The notes under the pieces were generated by a model. The model worked only from the letters and a program-made list of their open reading frames with translations. It was not told the origin of the DNA and did not search any database. A stretch of DNA of 64,000 bases from the human T2T-CHM13v2.0 reference genome, Homo sapiens, in the NCBI RefSeq assembly GCF_009914755.1, contig NC_060939.1. One strand, 5' to 3'. Positions 56,992 to 64,000 of the stretch are shown piece after piece; position 1 is the first letter of the stretch, and every line of letters begins with the position of its first letter. The position numbers and the translations under genes were made by a program.

Positions 56992-57768
56992 TGTATTAGT
57001 CTGTTCTCACACTGCTAATAAAGACATATCCAAGACTGGGTAATTCTTAAAGGAAAGAGATTTAATGGACTCACAGTTCCACATGACTGCAGAGGCCTCA
57101 CAATCATGGCAGAAGACAAAGGAGACATGGCACATCTTACATGGCAAAGGCACATCTTACATGGCGGCAGGCATAAGAGGTGTGCAGGGAACTCCCCCTT
57201 TAAAACCATCAGATCTCATGAGACTTATTCACTGTCATGAGAATAGCATGGGAAAGACCCACCCCTATGATTCAATTACCTCCTACTAGGTCCTTCCATG
57301 ACATGTGGGAATTATGGGAGCTATAATTCAAGATGAAATTTGGGTGAGGACACAGCCAAACCATATCATTCCACCCCTGGCCCCTCCCAAATCTCATGTC
57401 CTTACATTTCAAAACCTTTCTAAGTCCCCCAAGGTCTTAATTCAGCATTAACTCAAAAGTCCACAGTCCAAAGTCTCATCTGAGACAAGGCAAGTCCCTT
57501 CTTCCTCTGAGCCTATAAAATCAAAAGCAAATTAGTTACTTCCTAGATACAATGGGGGTACAGGGATTGGGTAAATACACCCATTCCAAAAGGGAGAAAT
57601 TGGCCAAAGTAAAGTGCCCACAGGCCCCATGCAAGTCTAAAATCCAGCAGGGCAGTCAATTCTTAAAGCTCCAAAATGATCTCCTTTGAATCCATGTCTC
57701 ACATCCAGGTCACACTGATGCAAGAGGTGGGCTCCCATGGCCTAAGGCAGCTCCAGCCCTGTGGCTTT
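56992..57768 (-). mobile_element. THE1 (MaLR) LTR 56992-57368 plus THE1-int 57369-57768
   Basis: tgtattagtctgttctcacactgctaataaagacata...gacacagccaaaccatatca, then ttccacccctggcccctcccaaatctcatgtcc. Confidence 0.88.
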
Positions 57769-58899
57769 TGTGAACCCCCAAAATTTGAGATAGGTCTCAG
57801 TTATTTTAGAAATTTTATTTTGCCAAAGTCGAGGACATGCACCCATTTGACAGTTTCAGGAGCTCCAGATGATATGTGCCCAAGGTGGTTGGAGCATAGC
57901 TTGATTTTACACATTTTAGGAAGACATGAGACACAACCAAAATATGTAAGATAAACACTGGTTTGGCCCAGAAAGGCAGGACAACTCGAAGCAAAAACAA
58001 GACAACTCGAAGCAAGGAGGGGCTTCCAGGTCACAGGTAGATAAGAGACAAAAGGTTGCATCCTTTTGAGTTTCTGATTAGCCTCTCCAAAGGAGGCAAA
58101 CAGATATGCATCTGTCTCAGTGAGCAGAGGGGTGACTGAATAGAATGGAAGGCAGGTTTGCCCTAAGCAGTTACAGCTTGACTTTTCCCTTTAGCTTAGT
58201 GATTTCGGGGGCCCAGCGTATTTTCTATTCACATTTTCTCCCCTTTTTAAAATCTTTTGGAGAAAGTGTTTTAGAATAAAATGAGTCTCTCTCTGGTCTA
58301 AGATTTCATCTGATCTCTCATGTCGAGGATGGTGTATTCCTAGATGGGTAAGTCCCGAGTTATTAGGAAAGCTCATTTTTAGCAGGTTATGAAGTCTCGT
58401 GTCCTGTGAAGAGAAAATAGGGGGAGGAAGGGAGAAAAACAACAAAAGAACAATCCTGAAAAATCAATATAGGCCACATTACTCTCAAGTCCATACATCA
58501 GTAGTCAGGTATGAAAGTGGCTTATGTATGTAAATAGATTGCTGTTATTTTCTTCTGAAGTTTGTCTGGCTTCAGTTCACAGGGCTTTAAGAAAGGACAG
58601 CTTAGTTTTCAGTGACTCTAAATTAGGAAAAATGGGGAAAAAAGAAGGAAAAATAATTGAAAACATTATTTTGAAGACTTGTAGCCCACAAAAAATAGAA
58701 CTTGGTTCAAACTCTAGAAAATAATAAAAATCAAAAATAGTTAGGCAAGACCAGATTCTAACAGGTGTACTATAGTTTTTGAAACATAATTTTTCCTCCC
58801 TTCAGTTTCCCAGTTTTACTAAAGGTAAATCATGGTAGTATCTATTTGCTTTATTATACTTGACCTGATTATTTGTATACAGTACAGCAAGAATAATTA
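57769..58899 (-). mobile_element. MER4A-like 3' LTR (57769-58233) with PPT and MER4-type internal sequence
   Basis: tgtgaaccccc...aaatttgagataggtctcagtt...ttcaca, immediately followed by ttttctccccttttt (polypurine tract on - strand). Confidence 0.8.
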
Positions 58900-59202
58900 T
58901 TTTTTTTTTTTTGGTGCTGATTTTAGATGCTTTTTTGTTTTGTTTTGTTTTGTTTTTGTTGTTGTTGTTGTTGTTGTTGTTTTAATTTTTTTTTTATTAT
59001 ACTCTAAGTTTTAGGGTACATGTGCACATTGTGCAGGTTAGTTACATATGTATACATGTGCCATGCTGGTGCGCTGCACCCACTAACGTGTCATCTAGCA
59101 TTAGGTAGATCTCCCAATGCTATCCCTCCCCCCTCCCCCGACCCCACCACAGTCCCCAGAGTGTGATATATTCCCCTTCCTGTGTCCATGTGATCTCATT
59201 GT

Positions 59203-63054
<3,852 letters not shown>

Positions 63055-63093
63055 TCATTAGTTGATGCAGTTTCTTCCTAGTCTCGATGGTCT

Positions 63094-64000
63094 TTACATT
63101 TTGGCATGATTTTGCAGCGGCTGGTACCGGTTGTTCCTTTCCATGTTTAGCGCTTCCTTCAGGAGCTCTTTTAGGGCAGGCCTGGTGGTGACAAAATCTC
63201 TCAGCATTTGCTTATCTGTAAAGTATTTTATTTCTCCTTCACTTATGAAGCTTAGTTTGGCTGGATATGAAATTCTGGGTTGAAAATTCTTTTCTTTAAG
63301 AATGTTGAATATTGGCCCCCACTCTCTTCTGGCTTGTAGGGTTTCTGCCGAGAGATCCGCTGTTAGTCTGATGGGCTTTCCTTTGAGGGTAACCCGACCT
63401 TTCTCTCTGGCTGCCCTTAACATTTTTTCCTTCATTTCAACTTTGGTGAATCTGACAATTATGTGTCTTGGAGTTGCTCTTCTCGAGGAGTATCTTTGTG
63501 GCGTTCTCTGTATTTCCTGAATCTGAACGTTGGCCTGCCTTGCTAGATTGGGGAAGTTCTCCTGGATAATATCCTGCAGAGTGTTTTCCAACTTGGTTCC
63601 ATTCTCCCCATCACTTTCAGGTACACCAATCAGACGTAGATTTGGTCTTTTCACATAGTCCCATATTTCTTGGAGGCTTTGCTCATTTCTTTTTATTCTT
63701 TTTTCTCTAAACTTCCCTTCTCGCTTCATTTCATTCATTTCATCTTCCATTGCTGATACCCTTTCTTCCAGTTGATCGCATCAGCTCCTGAGGCTTCTGC
63801 ATTCTTCACGTAGTTCTCGAGCCTTGGTTTTCAGCTCCATCAGCTCCTTTAAGCACTTCTCTGTATTGGTTATTCTAGTTATACATTCTTCTAAATTTTT
63901 TTCAAAGTTTTCAACTTCTTTGCCTTTGGTTTGAATGTCCTCCCGTAGCTCAGAGTAATTTGATCGTCTGAAGCCTTCTTCTCTCAGCTCGTCAAAATCA
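63094..64000 (-). pseudogene. L1 ORF1 (5' end outside the window) with in-frame stop R110*
   Basis: Manual translation DFDELREEGFRRSNYSELRED...ECRSLRS-TGA (63781-63783)-CDQLEERVSAMEDEM; recalled consensus codon is CGA. Confidence 0.9.

Overview
Human genomic DNA, inferred from AluY and a human-specific L1HS pre-Ta element. The window holds the 3' part of GLDN (gliomedin, a collagen-olfactomedin protein) on the + strand. Nine coding exons (2-10) with canonical AG/GT ends join into one open 1293-nt frame (430 aa + stop); exon 1 lies upstream of the window. A ~3.2-kb 3' UTR ends at an AATAAA near 49742. The rest is intron or intergenic DNA dense in transposons: a defective HERV-W/ERV9-clade gag-pro fragment split by an AluY, many Alu/L2/MIR/MaLR/DNA-transposon fossils, and a five-level nest ending in an L1HS pre-Ta that runs off the window and carries nonsense mutations in both ORFs. 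I found no new gene system. The most unusual signals are (1) a perfect 61-bp inverted repeat at an L1 5' junction whose loop is inverted L1 sequence, which fits twin priming plus fold-back synthesis; (2) a 200-nt AG-free, almost A-free tract that implies a distant branch point for GLDN exon 6; (3) an 18-nt candidate 3' transduction in the L1HS tail; and (4) an 84-bp x4 minisatellite. Repeat family names come from recalled consensus sequences, not from a database run.
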